Of a stretch of DNA of 64,000 bases, positions 35,388-45,646 are shown in pieces. The stretch is from Clostridiales bacterium (lineage in GTDB: Bacteria > Bacillota > Clostridia > Oscillospirales > CAG-272). The first letter of the stretch is position 1, and each line of letters starts with the position of its first letter. The position numbers were made by a program, and so were the translations under genes. The notes beneath the pieces are model-generated. The model saw nothing but the letters and a program-made list of their open reading frames with translations, was not told the origin of the DNA and did no database searches. Where the stretch lies: positions 19,333 through 83,332 of the forward strand of contig JAAWQR010000005.1 of the NCBI GenBank assembly GCA_022800625.1, read 5' to 3'.

Positions 35388-36275
35388 GTGAAGTATAATA
35401 CTTCAAAAAATGTATCTATGAAAAAATCAAGATCGCTGAGCATACGAACTCTTACCAATAAATTATCGTCCGCCGCAACTGTAATTTATGAGGACAAAAT
35501 ATCCGTTTATGCGGCGCAGGCATCGTTCTTTATTATTATTTCTTCTATTCCGTTTATAATGCTGCTGTTCAGCCTGAGCAGATACGTAATATCGGATAAG
35601 ATATACGACTTTATTATTGCATTCGGTCAGACGCTTCCTGCGGGAGCTAAGGATTTTTATATGGAGGTAACCGCAGAGCTTTATGCAAGACCTGCAATAA
35701 AGCTCATATCCCTTAGTGCGGTTACAACTTTTTGGAGTGCATCACGCGGCATGGCTGCGGTACGCGGCGGTATTTCTACCGTATACAGATCAAATCCGAA
35801 CGTTGGATTTATAAAAAATATGCTGTTGTCTCTTTTGTATACCGCCGTATTTATAGTAACTATAATTGCGCTTATTGTTTTGCTTTTGTTCGGAGAGCTT
35901 ATCAATGAAAACCTTGCGTCCAAGTTTGCGGTTATTGCCAAGTTCGGTGAAATATTCAAATACAGAAATGTGATATTTTTTGTTCTTCTGACACTTTTTT
36001 TCGCATGTCTTTATTATATTTTGGGACGAAAGGGATTCGGAGCCGGCAGAAAATTTAGGAATTATCTTCCCGGAGCTGCGCTTGCGTCTGCCGGATGGAT
36101 TCTGTTTTCATATTTTTATTCGCTTTATGCGATGTATTTCTCACGCGCTTCGTATATATACGGAAGCCTTACGGCAATTGTTCTTCTTATGTTATGGTTG
36201 TATGCCTGTATGAATATTTTATTCTTAGGCGCGGAGTTCAATAAGTTAATCGGGATAAAAAAGAAGCGTGAATAA
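35388..36275 (+). CDS. YihY/BrkB family membrane protein
   Basis: VYAAQASFFIIISSIPFIMLL and multiple TM helices. The start is ambiguous (35388 GTG or 35418 ATG). Confidence 0.75.
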   Translation: MKYNTSKNVSMKKSRSLSIRTLTNKLSSAATVIYEDKISVYAAQASFFIIISSIPFIMLLFSLSRYVISDKIYDFIIAFGQTLPAGAKDFYMEVTAELYARPAIKLISLSAVTTFWSASRGMAAVRGGISTVYRSNPNVGFIKNMLLSLLYTAVFIVTIIALIVLLLFGELINENLASKFAVIAKFGEIFKYRNVIFFVLLTLFFACLYYILGRKGFGAGRKFRNYLPGAALASAGWILFSYFYSLYAMYFSRASYIYGSLTAIVLLMLWLYACMNILFLGAEFNKLIGIKKKRE

Positions 36276-36280
36276 AACTA

Positions 36281-36310
36281 ACACAGCCGCCGAAAAGTAG
36301 GCGGCTGTGT
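36281..36310. terminator. Hairpin between convergent yihY-like and mltG genes
   Basis: ACACAGCCGCC-GAAAAGTA-GGCGGCTGTGT. Flanking U-tracts are weak. Confidence 0.5.
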
Positions 36311-36320
36311 CAGTTAAATA

Positions 36321-37733
36321 TCAGTTTTGATTTTCATTTTTTGCGGCTATCTTTTTGTTTATCTCTTCAAGAAGTGCATCGTGTTCGTATTTTGAAGCTG
36401 TGAATGTTGTGGTTCCGTCATATGATACAAAGAAGAGATAGTTCGTTTCCGACGGATTGAGAGCCGCCTGTATTGCACTGTTACTGGGATTTGCGATAGG
36501 TCCCGGCGTAAGTCCCGCGTTTGTATATGTGTTATACGGTGAATCATACGTCAAGTCATCGAGCGTAAGATTCGGTCTTTCTCCCGTCGCATGCTGCATG
36601 GCATATACAATGGTAGCATCACTCTCAAGATTCATTGCAGGAACTCTATTCATTCTGTTATGGAAAACAGACGATATATTTCCGAAGTCCGCAGGAGTTC
36701 CTCCCTCTTTTTCGATTATTGAAGCAAGAATCAGGACCTGATCGACGGTGAAGCCAAGTTCTTCTGCCCGTGCTCTGTATTTTTTGGTAAATACGGTTTT
36801 AAACCGTGAGAGCATCTTTTTTATAACCGCTTCTTCGGTTGATGCGTTATAGAATTGATAGGTATCGGGGAAAAGATAGCCGTCAAGTCTGTAAAAACGT
36901 CCGTTTTCTGCCCAATTATCTCCGAGTTCATCAATGAACCAATAGTCAAAATCATAATTGTTTATAACATCTATATATTTTTCTTTTTCTCCGATTCCTT
37001 TTTCAACAAGAAGATCGATGATCTCGTCTGTCGTATAACCCTCGGGAATAGTGATCCATGATACTCCGCTCGGAGCTTTTTCTTTAAATGCGGCAATCAG
37101 CTCTTTGTATCCTGTCTTGGGAGAGATGCTGTAGGTTCCGGCACAAAAGCCTTTGCCGTCATCTCTCTTTTTTGCATATGATTTGAAAAGTCCCTTGTAA
37201 TTGATAACTTTGTTGTCGTGCAGTATGGTTGCAATATCATTTATGGTTGCGTCTTCCGGTATTACGATCTCTACCTCTTCTTCCGATTTTACAAATCCGT
37301 ATATGTCGTTCATTGAAAAAATAACTACAGCGGAAATTACAGCCGCGATTATTACTACAACGGTAATATATGCGATACATTTTATAAGACTGACCATAGA
37401 GTTGTCGGTTTCCGTGTATTGTTTCTTTTTTGACTTTTTGGATTTTTTTGCAGAAGCAATCGTCTTTTTTTCCGGAGTACTGTTTTTCTGCTCGGAAGTT
37501 TTTTTTGCAATATCGTTTATTCTGGTGGCGTCCACAGGCATTTCTCGAGTAGGCTCGCCTGAATTTTCGTTATCGCCGAGCATTGAGCGTTCGGTTAAGA
37601 AGTCCGGATATTCGTCGGGAGATTTTATTCTGCCGTCATCTTTTCGATTTTGCGGCGCTCTGCTCATATTTTTTTCATTTTCATTGCGCGGCTGCATATT
37701 ATTTGCTCTTTCGGTGTTATTTTGATTATCCAT
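36321..37733 (-). CDS. mltG: Endolytic murein transglycosylase MltG (YceG-like) with long disordered N-terminus
   Basis: LASIIEKEGG and PYNTYTNAGLTPGPIANPS motifs. About 130-aa low-complexity N-terminus followed by a TM helix. Confidence 0.85.
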   Translation of the reverse strand: MDNQNNTERANNMQPRNENEKNMSRAPQNRKDDGRIKSPDEYPDFLTERSMLGDNENSGEPTREMPVDATRINDIAKKTSEQKNSTPEKKTIASAKKSKKSKKKQYTETDNSMVSLIKCIAYITVVVIIAAVISAVVIFSMNDIYGFVKSEEEVEIVIPEDATINDIATILHDNKVINYKGLFKSYAKKRDDGKGFCAGTYSISPKTGYKELIAAFKEKAPSGVSWITIPEGYTTDEIIDLLVEKGIGEKEKYIDVINNYDFDYWFIDELGDNWAENGRFYRLDGYLFPDTYQFYNASTEEAVIKKMLSRFKTVFTKKYRARAEELGFTVDQVLILASIIEKEGGTPADFGNISSVFHNRMNRVPAMNLESDATIVYAMQHATGERPNLTLDDLTYDSPYNTYTNAGLTPGPIANPSNSAIQAALNPSETNYLFFVSYDGTTTFTASKYEHDALLEEINKKIAAKNENQN

Positions 37734-37944
37734 AGTTTTGACCGTCTCTTTCTTTGAATTTGTTATTCTCCTGCCGTAAAGAGAAGAAAATTTTTGTTCA
37801 TCGGAACAAAAAGAAACAAATCGGATCTGTAAACATTCTGTATTCTCATATGGCGCAGATTATTTTTCAGACTTTCTCAGTTCCGCTGCCGTAATGCGGC
37901 AATTTATGTGCGGTATTTTTTATTATGATAAATGCGTATATTAC

Positions 37945-38862
37945 TTATTTTCCAATCAATACCGCAATTATGTACACTACCGTGAGAATAATAAATGCAG
38001 GTGAGAGTACAGATGCGGCAGTTCCTGCAAAAAAGCCTTTTTTCTTCTTCGGAACATAATCTGACGGTATATTATTACGTGCATATCCTCTGTATACCGC
38101 TGAGATTTCAAAAGCGGCTACAGCTGCTGAGATAATAGCAACAGCTGCTAAAATAATAACAAAAAGTATACCGCTTATGTTTTGCTTTTCCGAAATATGA
38201 ACGATATAATTTTCAAAGAAAATAATAAATATATTATATAGAGCATGCACTATCATTGCTGCAGTAACGGAACGTGTGGCATAAGTTAATACTGCAAGGA
38301 GCAATCCGCAGAAAAAATACAGGGGAAGATGATACGGATTAAAGTGAGACAGCGCAAACATAACGGAGCTCATGAATACGGAGCAGCCGATGCCGACAGC
38401 ACTGTATTCGGTAAGGATTATTCCTCTGAATATAATTTCTTCGGTGATTGCAGGAAGGAGAGCAAACACAAGTATAATATACATTTTATCGAACAAGCTT
38501 GAGCTTGCGGCAAAAGCTGCGTATTCGATGCTTTGCGATCCCGCTCCGCCGTTCGACAAAGCAGACACTGTATACTCAATAAGACTGCCTCCCGAGATCA
38601 TAAGAAGCAAAACAAAGATCATTATAAGCGCAGAAGACGGAGAGGGAACTCTGATTCTGAGCGATGAGACGTAGCCGGAACCTCTGAGAGTGCAGAAGAA
38701 CAGTGCGGGAAGAGCAAATATGATAAGCTGCAATATAACGGTCGAGAGGTACGGGTTTGTGTCAAGACCTAATACTTCCTTCGGGATTATACCGACGGTT
38801 ATGCTGAGAAGCATGATCGTTAAGAGCAGGAGCGGAGCTGCGATAATTGATTTTATTTTCAT
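37945..38862 (-). CDS. CPBP family intramembrane glutamic endopeptidase (CAAX protease-like)
   Basis: EEIIFRG, FALSHF and HALYN motifs in a polytopic membrane protein. Confidence 0.8.
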   Translation of the reverse strand: MKIKSIIAAPLLLLTIMLLSITVGIIPKEVLGLDTNPYLSTVILQLIIFALPALFFCTLRGSGYVSSLRIRVPSPSSALIMIFVLLLMISGGSLIEYTVSALSNGGAGSQSIEYAAFAASSSLFDKMYIILVFALLPAITEEIIFRGIILTEYSAVGIGCSVFMSSVMFALSHFNPYHLPLYFFCGLLLAVLTYATRSVTAAMIVHALYNIFIIFFENYIVHISEKQNISGILFVIILAAVAIISAAVAAFEISAVYRGYARNNIPSDYVPKKKKGFFAGTAASVLSPAFIILTVVYIIAVLIGK

Positions 38863-38971
38863 AATTTACGACCGTGCCTGATAAAGCTGTAAACAGCTGA
38901 TGCAGGCTTTCTTTCGTTTCAGTGCCCGATCCTATCAGATGGGACGCAAAACTTTCCTGTTTATTTTCTAA

Positions 38972-39577
38972 TTATTTTTTGCGCTTTACAGCCACTGTTC
39001 CTTTTTCCGTCAGAAGAACATCTACGGAAATGTCATACCGTCCTCTCGGAACGGTTGGAACAACATAATCGCTGTATACGACGCCTATTTTGCTCCCGAT
39101 AAATTCGGACAGATATCTGTCGTAGAAGCCTTTTCCGTAACCGAGTCTGAAGCCTGCTTTATCATAAAGAAGACCGGGAACAAAGCAAACAGCGCTTCCT
39201 GTTTCCGTATTGGAGTCGTATATCGGTGCGTCGGCGGGAGGCTCCGATATTCCGTATGCTTCTGGCGAGAGCTCGTCAAGTGAATTTACAAAATGATAGG
39301 ACATGGTGTGGCTTTCTTTATCACAGCGCGGAAAAGCGACCTTTTTTCCGCTTTTCCATGCCGCTTCGGCAATGTATGAGACATCTATTTCGTCATCGGT
39401 TGCGGCGTAGAGAAGAATATAATCTGCATACCTGAAGCTGACAAGCTCAGATGCGGCGCGGCATATACTCAGGTCACGTTCTTCACGCAGTTTCGGTTCC
39501 ATTGCATGACGTTTTGCCTTATATGTTTCTCTGAGGGTATCTTTTTCTTTTTTTATTAAATTCATATTATATATCAT
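38972..39577 (-). CDS. 5-formyltetrahydrofolate cyclo-ligase
   Basis: GYGKGFYDRYL motif and matching size. The start is ambiguous (39577 or 39565). Confidence 0.8.
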   Translation of the reverse strand: MIYNMNLIKKEKDTLRETYKAKRHAMEPKLREERDLSICRAASELVSFRYADYILLYAATDDEIDVSYIAEAAWKSGKKVAFPRCDKESHTMSYHFVNSLDELSPEAYGISEPPADAPIYDSNTETGSAVCFVPGLLYDKAGFRLGYGKGFYDRYLSEFIGSKIGVVYSDYVVPTVPRGRYDISVDVLLTEKGTVAVKRKK

Positions 39578-39722
39578 CGGCCTTTCTGTTTATTTCGGAT
39601 TTCGAGAAAGCAATAACCGTACGCTGTTTAAATTTTGCATCAAAAGATATACGGTTTTTGAGATATTTGCGAATATCACGCACACTGTGAATGATATAAT
39701 TTATACCTCCTTTGATAACAGA

Positions 39723-40322
39723 TCAGCTAAGTCCCATGACCGCAGCTTTTACCGATTCTGCTTTTACAGAGCCGTAAAGACAAGATACAAGCTCAATGGC
39801 AAACGGCAGTGAGGTCCCCATACAGCGAGAAGTGACAATATTTCCGTCTCTGACTACGTCAAGATCTGAAATTTCAGCTCCTGTCAGGTATTTTTCAAAT
39901 CCGGGGAAGCATACGGCGTGCTTACCTTTCAGGTATCCGCGTCTTCCGAGAATCATGGGGGCAGCGCATATCGCGCCTATATATCCGCAGTTTTCAAGAA
40001 CTGTTTTAATATATCCGTCCGTTTTTTCAAAACTGTCAATATTTGAAGCTCCGGGCATTCCTCCCGGAAATACAAGCATTTCGGCTTTTGTTATGTCAAA
40101 GCTGTCATCGGATTCACATAAATCGCATTCAACTGTGATTCCGTGTGCTCCGATAACTTTTTTGCCTGTGATACCAAGCGTCTTTACGTCGGCTCCTGCG
40201 CGTCTTAATACATCGACGGGTGTCATAGCTTCGATTTCTTCAAAGCCGTCGGCAAGAATAACATATACCATATTTTTAATTACCGTATCCTTCTCAGAGA
40301 ATTTGTTTTGCTTGTTTTTCAT
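39723..40322 (-). CDS. DJ-1/PfpI family protein
   Basis: LADGFEEIEA...GAICAAP nucleophile-elbow Cys motif. Confidence 0.82.
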   Translation of the reverse strand: MKNKQNKFSEKDTVIKNMVYVILADGFEEIEAMTPVDVLRRAGADVKTLGITGKKVIGAHGITVECDLCESDDSFDITKAEMLVFPGGMPGASNIDSFEKTDGYIKTVLENCGYIGAICAAPMILGRRGYLKGKHAVCFPGFEKYLTGAEISDLDVVRDGNIVTSRCMGTSLPFAIELVSCLYGSVKAESVKAAVMGLS

Positions 40323-40448
40323 GCTGCAGAAAATATTTATGTCATACTGGCGTTTTTCTGCTTAACCTTGACTATTATCAGTATACCATTATTACCCTGA
40401 TAAGCGGTTAAGAATTCATAAACAATAATATGTTTTTTCGTGATTGTA

Positions 40449-43289
40449 TTATTGTTCCTCTTCAGAAGTCAGATTTTCGTCATTTTTCAGAACCATTTCC
40501 ATGAATTGTTCTTTTGTTATAAGCACGCTGCGAGGTTTTTGACCGTCCGGAGCACTGACATACCCGAGCTGTTCCATTTTATCGATAAGCTTTGCAGCGC
40601 GTCCGTACCCAAGCTGTAATCTGCGCTGAATAAGAGAGGTGGATATTTTTCCGCTGTTGACGGCAAGCTCAAGCGCAGGACGCAGCATTGGGTCGTCATT
40701 TCCTGCATCGGAAATGGAAGCCGCGCCTTTTTTGCCGTTTCCGCATTTTGCAGCTTCGCGTTCGATCTGCTCGATAACATCGTCCGCATACTTCGGCTCA
40801 GAGTCGGAGGATTCACTCTTGATAAATGTTACTATCTTTTCAACATCGTTTTCCGAAACAAACGCGCCCTGAACTCTTATCGGCTTTGCAGCTCCCACGG
40901 GAATATAAAGCATATCTCCTCTGCCTATCAGATTTTCGGCTCCGCTTCGGTCGATAATTGTTCTGGAATCGACCTGCGATGCTACGGTAAACGCTATTCG
41001 AGAGGGAATGTTAGCCTTGATTAGACCTGTAATAACGTCTACCGACGGTCGCTGTGTACCGATAATGACGTGCATTCCTGCGGCTCTCGCTTTTTGCATA
41101 AGGCGGCAGACGGATTCCTCGACATCGTCGGGAGCAGTCATCATAAGATCGGCAAGCTCGTCTATAATTATGACGATATACGGAAGAAATTCATACTCCG
41201 GATCGTTTTCCGTGATTTTATTATACATTCTTATATCTCTGACACCGACAGCCTCTATAAGTCCGAAACGGCGTTCCATTTCGGATACTGCCCATGACAG
41301 AGAGCCTGCGGCTTTTTTCGGATCGCTGACAACAGGCACAAGAAGATGGGGGATTCCGTTGTAAATATTAAGTTCAACCTTTTTCGGGTCAATGAGAATA
41401 AGCTTTACTTCGTCAGGCTTTGCACCGAACAGTATACTTGTGATAAGACTGTTTATACATACGGACTTACCCATACCTGTAGCGCCCGCTATAAGCAGGT
41501 GAGGCATTTTTTCAATGTCCAGATAAACAGGTTCGCCGCCTACGTCTTCTCCGAGTGCACACATGAGCTTAGATGAGGAATTTGTGAATTTATCATCTTC
41601 AAGCAGAGTACGAAGATGGACTACCGCCCGTTTTTTGTTAGGCACTTCGATACCGACGGCTGCCTTACCGGGAATTGGCGCTTCGATTCTGATTCCTGTT
41701 GTCGCAAGATTTAGAGCAATATCGTCGGAGAGATTTAAAATTGACCTTACTCTGATACCCGGCTCAGGAAGAAGCTCGTAACGCGTTATTGTAGGACCGC
41801 GCGACACATTTTCGATTTTCGTTTTAACATTAAAGCTGCGAAGAGTTTCAACAAGCTTTACCGCATTGTCATGAAGCTCGGCTTTTATATTTACATTTCT
41901 GTTTTCCGTGTCTTCGGTAAGCAGAGATATCGGAGGAAATAAATATTCTCTGATTTCGCTTTGTTCGTTCTCCTCGGGTTTAGCTTCCGACTGTGAATCA
42001 TATTCATCTGCCGAATGAGTTATGCTGCCTTGAGATAGTTCGTTTCTTGTAATTTCAAGAGTCTGCCGCGCATTTTGCGGTGCATTTTCGTTTGTTATCG
42101 GCTTATCCGTCATATAAGCCTCGGCAAGCCTGTCGAGCAGTTCTGCGTCTTCGGGGTTGACAAATATTTTTTTGAGGTCGATCTCGGCGCTGTCTTCCGG
42201 AATCTCGGGACTTGCCGCTTCACTCAGCGGTTCAATCGATTCGGACAACGGATCTTCTTTGCTTTGTCCTTCATTTACGATGTTTTCTTCGTCTCTTACC
42301 GTTTCCGCGGCGTTGGATTCTGATGCAGATTCTTCGCGTTCACGGCGTTCTTTTGTGCGGCGCATTACTTCGTCAAATATGCGCTCGTCAATTGCGTTCT
42401 CATCTTCAAAATCCGACTGTAGAGCATTATTGTCTGTATTTTCGGATTGTTTGTCTGATTCATTCTGAAAATCATCTTCATCGATCGGTACATCGGGAGA
42501 AAATTTCTTCTTTTTTCCGCGCTGCGGTTTTTCCTGAGCATCGTATAATGAAACCGGAACATGATTATCGACGGCATTTCTGAGATATTGTTCACGTTCT
42601 TCCGTTTTTTTCAGATTTTCCGTGTAGCGTTCGCTTCGTCTTGCTGCTGCGTCTTCTCCTGCAATCTTCATTTTATACCTTATAAGTATCCAGAGTCCTC
42701 TCGGCGTTATTCCGAAAATAAAGAGAGTTAGTATCGATATCAGCGCAAACATAATTACAAGTGTTCCGGGTTTTCCGAAACCGCGCAACATAGCTTCTCC
42801 GAGTATGCCTCCGATGACTCCGCCTCCGTGTCTTTCGATACCGTTCGACCAGTGTAAAGCGATCGAAAACGTGTGATCCCCGCCGCCGAATATGTGAAGA
42901 AGCACTGACAGGGAAAAATATATTACGGTGCTCGAAATATTTTTTCTTGCGAGTATTCCCGATTCTCTGTCTGCGCTGAACCTGAAAACAGGGAAAATAA
43001 TGAAAACAGGCAGAGCAAATGCAGCGCCACCCGATATTCCGAGCAGGAATTTACGTATTGCGCCGCCGATTATTCCCGCACCATCACCGGCGAACATACA
43101 TATTGCAGTGAAGATCGCTATTATGATCAGCAGATACGGTGTTAGCTGAGCGGCAAAACCCGAAGTTTCACGATTTTCCGTTTTTTTCGTGTTTTTTACA
43201 GGAGATTTCTTTTTATTTGCATTTATTTGTTTGTTTGTTTTTGTACTTCCGGATTTTTTATTGTTATGCATTCCGTTCTCCAAGTGCAA
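40449..43289 (-). CDS. ftsK: DNA translocase FtsK/SpoIIIE
   Basis: N-terminal TM helices, long acidic linker, motor domain GATGMGKS and C-terminal winged-helix gamma domain (SISLIQRRLQLGYGRAAKLID-like). Confidence 0.92.
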   Translation of the reverse strand: MHLENGMHNNKKSGSTKTNKQINANKKKSPVKNTKKTENRETSGFAAQLTPYLLIIIAIFTAICMFAGDGAGIIGGAIRKFLLGISGGAAFALPVFIIFPVFRFSADRESGILARKNISSTVIYFSLSVLLHIFGGGDHTFSIALHWSNGIERHGGGVIGGILGEAMLRGFGKPGTLVIMFALISILTLFIFGITPRGLWILIRYKMKIAGEDAAARRSERYTENLKKTEEREQYLRNAVDNHVPVSLYDAQEKPQRGKKKKFSPDVPIDEDDFQNESDKQSENTDNNALQSDFEDENAIDERIFDEVMRRTKERREREESASESNAAETVRDEENIVNEGQSKEDPLSESIEPLSEAASPEIPEDSAEIDLKKIFVNPEDAELLDRLAEAYMTDKPITNENAPQNARQTLEITRNELSQGSITHSADEYDSQSEAKPEENEQSEIREYLFPPISLLTEDTENRNVNIKAELHDNAVKLVETLRSFNVKTKIENVSRGPTITRYELLPEPGIRVRSILNLSDDIALNLATTGIRIEAPIPGKAAVGIEVPNKKRAVVHLRTLLEDDKFTNSSSKLMCALGEDVGGEPVYLDIEKMPHLLIAGATGMGKSVCINSLITSILFGAKPDEVKLILIDPKKVELNIYNGIPHLLVPVVSDPKKAAGSLSWAVSEMERRFGLIEAVGVRDIRMYNKITENDPEYEFLPYIVIIIDELADLMMTAPDDVEESVCRLMQKARAAGMHVIIGTQRPSVDVITGLIKANIPSRIAFTVASQVDSRTIIDRSGAENLIGRGDMLYIPVGAAKPIRVQGAFVSENDVEKIVTFIKSESSDSEPKYADDVIEQIEREAAKCGNGKKGAASISDAGNDDPMLRPALELAVNSGKISTSLIQRRLQLGYGRAAKLIDKMEQLGYVSAPDGQKPRSVLITKEQFMEMVLKNDENLTSEEEQ

Positions 43290-43457
43290 AGATAAGTTTC
43301 GCTTTGCGATTAAATATATCGTTAGCAGTCAATAATTTTAACAGGAGAAATAATAAATTCCTCCGCTTATATATTTTATCAGATTGGGAACAAATTTTCA
43401 AGTAATAACTTACATTAAATAAGTAAAGATACAAAATTATCGGATAAGGCGGAACAT

Positions 43458-43844
43458 ATGGAAGTCAAGCTGACGGCAAAAGAGAAAACGGTTATTTTTG
43501 CGGCGGTATTAGGAAGCATTGCGGCAGGCTTTATGAACGGCTTGCTCGGAGCGGGCGGCGGTATTATACTGACGTTTGTTTTATCGTATATATTCGGCGG
43601 TACGGGGATTTCGAGAAGCGGTCTCATATCCGCAATGGCGGCGATTCTTCCGATATCGCTGTTTTCGCTTATGACATACGGATTCGGAGAGTATTTTGAA
43701 CCGGGTTTTCTGCTGTCGGTCGCAGTTCCGTCGGCGCTCGGAGGAATTTCGGGAGCGTTTGTGGGAGCACGAATAAAATCTGTGTGGCTTGTGCGGATAT
43801 TTGCCGTTTTGGTTATTTATTCGGGAGTGCGTATGCTGATATAA
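43458..43844 (+). CDS. Half-size (4-TM) TauE/SafE (TSUP) family membrane protein
   Basis: 128 aa. GLLGAGGGII motif, four predicted TM helices, own SD. Confidence 0.65.
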   Translation: MEVKLTAKEKTVIFAAVLGSIAAGFMNGLLGAGGGIILTFVLSYIFGGTGISRSGLISAMAAILPISLFSLMTYGFGEYFEPGFLLSVAVPSALGGISGAFVGARIKSVWLVRIFAVLVIYSGVRMLI

Positions 43845-44046
43845 GCAAAATCTTAAAAGAAACGGAGATTAGCGTGAAAGATATGTTTAGTATCCATAAA
43901 AGAGTATCTGTTTCACAGTCAAATTCTGATAATTCGTATTTATGCGGGCAGCAGAAATGAGATCCGCTCCATTATGTTTCCCTTAAAGTGCAGGAGAATT
44001 TTATTACTGCTTGTGCCGCCGCTTTGGCGGCGGAATGGAGTTATTT

Positions 44047-44448
44047 ATGAGTATCACAGATATGATTGTTATATATACAGTTGCTTTGCTGGCAGGCACG
44101 GGAGTCGGCGGCGGAGGTCTGCTTGTGATTTATCTGACGGCGGTGCTTTCCATGCGTCAGGCTGAAGCACAGGCGATAAATCTTATATTTTTTATTTTTT
44201 CCGCTGCGGCTGCATTGCCGTATCACATAAAACGCGAAAAAATCGACTTAAAGATAACTGTATTCTGCGCAGCTTTCGGTATTTTCGGCTCATTTATCGG
44301 CGGAAGTTTCAGAAGTATTCTTCCCGAAGAGACTGTTCGTGCGATTTTCGGAGCTATGCTCATAGCAACGGGAACGGTATCTCTCTTCAAAAGACAAAAA
44401 GAAGCGGAAGTTTCAGTGAGCGCCGATAAAAGCTGTAAGAATGTCTGA
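44047..44448 (+). CDS. Second half-size (4-TM) TauE/SafE (TSUP) family membrane protein
   Basis: GTGVGGGGLLVIYL motif. The ATG at 44047 lies 6 nt after GGAG. ORF track 44011..44448. Confidence 0.65.
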   Translation: MSITDMIVIYTVALLAGTGVGGGGLLVIYLTAVLSMRQAEAQAINLIFFIFSAAAALPYHIKREKIDLKITVFCAAFGIFGSFIGGSFRSILPEETVRAIFGAMLIATGTVSLFKRQKEAEVSVSADKSCKNV

Positions 44449-44449
44449 A

Positions 44450-45412
44450 TTAGGCAAGAATCGGAGCTGTGAAAAGCAGCTCTCGCAAATTTTCGTAAAT
44501 TCCGTGATAGTCTTCAAGGGGAAGAGGATTTTCACCTTTTCCGCACTCGATTGTGAAGGACGGCTTTTTAATTTCACGTATGTACCAGTCCGTGAGTCCT
44601 CCGTATGCCGCCATTCCGTCAGGCTTTGAGAGAGTGTATCCCGTCATGCGGCTCATCAGTCTGCCGAGCGATGCAGCTCTCGGCGGAACGATATTGCCGC
44701 TGCTGTAGTATATTTCTTCGCCCTGTGAGTGAAGAGTCAGGATCATGGATATTTCATTGCAATATCTCAGGAAAGAGCACATAGATGCGATCTCAGGTTC
44801 GGATTCGGGAGAGCAGCCGCTGTATCTTGTCGCACAGCCTCCGTCTATTCCCGCTTCGACTTCTAATTTTTTGTATTCAAAAAATCCTGCGTCGTAGTTG
44901 TGATTGAGATCGACACCTCTTGCATTAGCTTGCCATTTTGTAAAGTTATCGCTGCCGTTCATCGACAGTAGCCTGTCTTTCATCAGAGAATCTCCCGCGC
45001 CGTTTATTTGAATGTCAACTCCGTCAACATTAAGTTGTGGGATAACGTAGATCGTTCGTGAATTAAAAAGTCTTTTAATATTTACTCTGCATATGCGATC
45101 GCCTGATTTGAAAGCTTCGCAGTATTCGTTGATAAAACGCAGCAGAACAACCGATGTGATCCATTCCATTCCGTGATGAGCGCCGACGTACAGGACGCTG
45201 CGGCGGTTTCTGCCTCCTTCTCCTAAGGTTACCATAGGTATTCCGCGTCCGAGTACCGATGTGCCCATATATGATATGCTTATGAACGGATATCTTTCAC
45301 TGAACATTTGAAGAGTATTCATAAGCGACGAATAATCAAGAGGAGAAGTATACTTAATTATATTGCCTCCGTCGATTCTGTTATGGAAATTATCATGCAA
45401 GTCTTTTTTCAT
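44450..45412 (-). CDS. M14 zinc carboxypeptidase family (gamma-D-glutamyl-diamino-acid peptidase I-like)
   Basis: HHGMEW zinc motif, NVDG and HSQGEEIYY. ATG 45412 (MKKDLHDNF) is preferred over 45547. Confidence 0.75.
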   Translation of the reverse strand: MKKDLHDNFHNRIDGGNIIKYTSPLDYSSLMNTLQMFSERYPFISISYMGTSVLGRGIPMVTLGEGGRNRRSVLYVGAHHGMEWITSVVLLRFINEYCEAFKSGDRICRVNIKRLFNSRTIYVIPQLNVDGVDIQINGAGDSLMKDRLLSMNGSDNFTKWQANARGVDLNHNYDAGFFEYKKLEVEAGIDGGCATRYSGCSPESEPEIASMCSFLRYCNEISMILTLHSQGEEIYYSSGNIVPPRAASLGRLMSRMTGYTLSKPDGMAAYGGLTDWYIREIKKPSFTIECGKGENPLPLEDYHGIYENLRELLFTAPILA

Positions 45413-45646
45413 ATAAATTACCGTGCCTTTCACTCTTTTTTGATTTTGTATGCTGTTTAATACATATGCCGGTTTCTTGTGATAAATCCGTTTTACGGAA
45501 AAAATCACAGAATGATTCATACGGTGCGGTGAAAATCTAAAATTCACTATTGATATGAGCGGCGTAATGTTGTATAATTATTTTGTAATTTGGTGTTTTG
45601 CCTAAATATATTAACGAATAATAATTGTGAAAGAAGGATGTTTATT

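Noticed and set aside
43875-43958. 27-codon GTG-initiated ORF between the two TSUP half-genes
   Set aside because: It is short, has a weak SD (GGAG) and no recognisable features. The evidence is not sufficient to annotate it.
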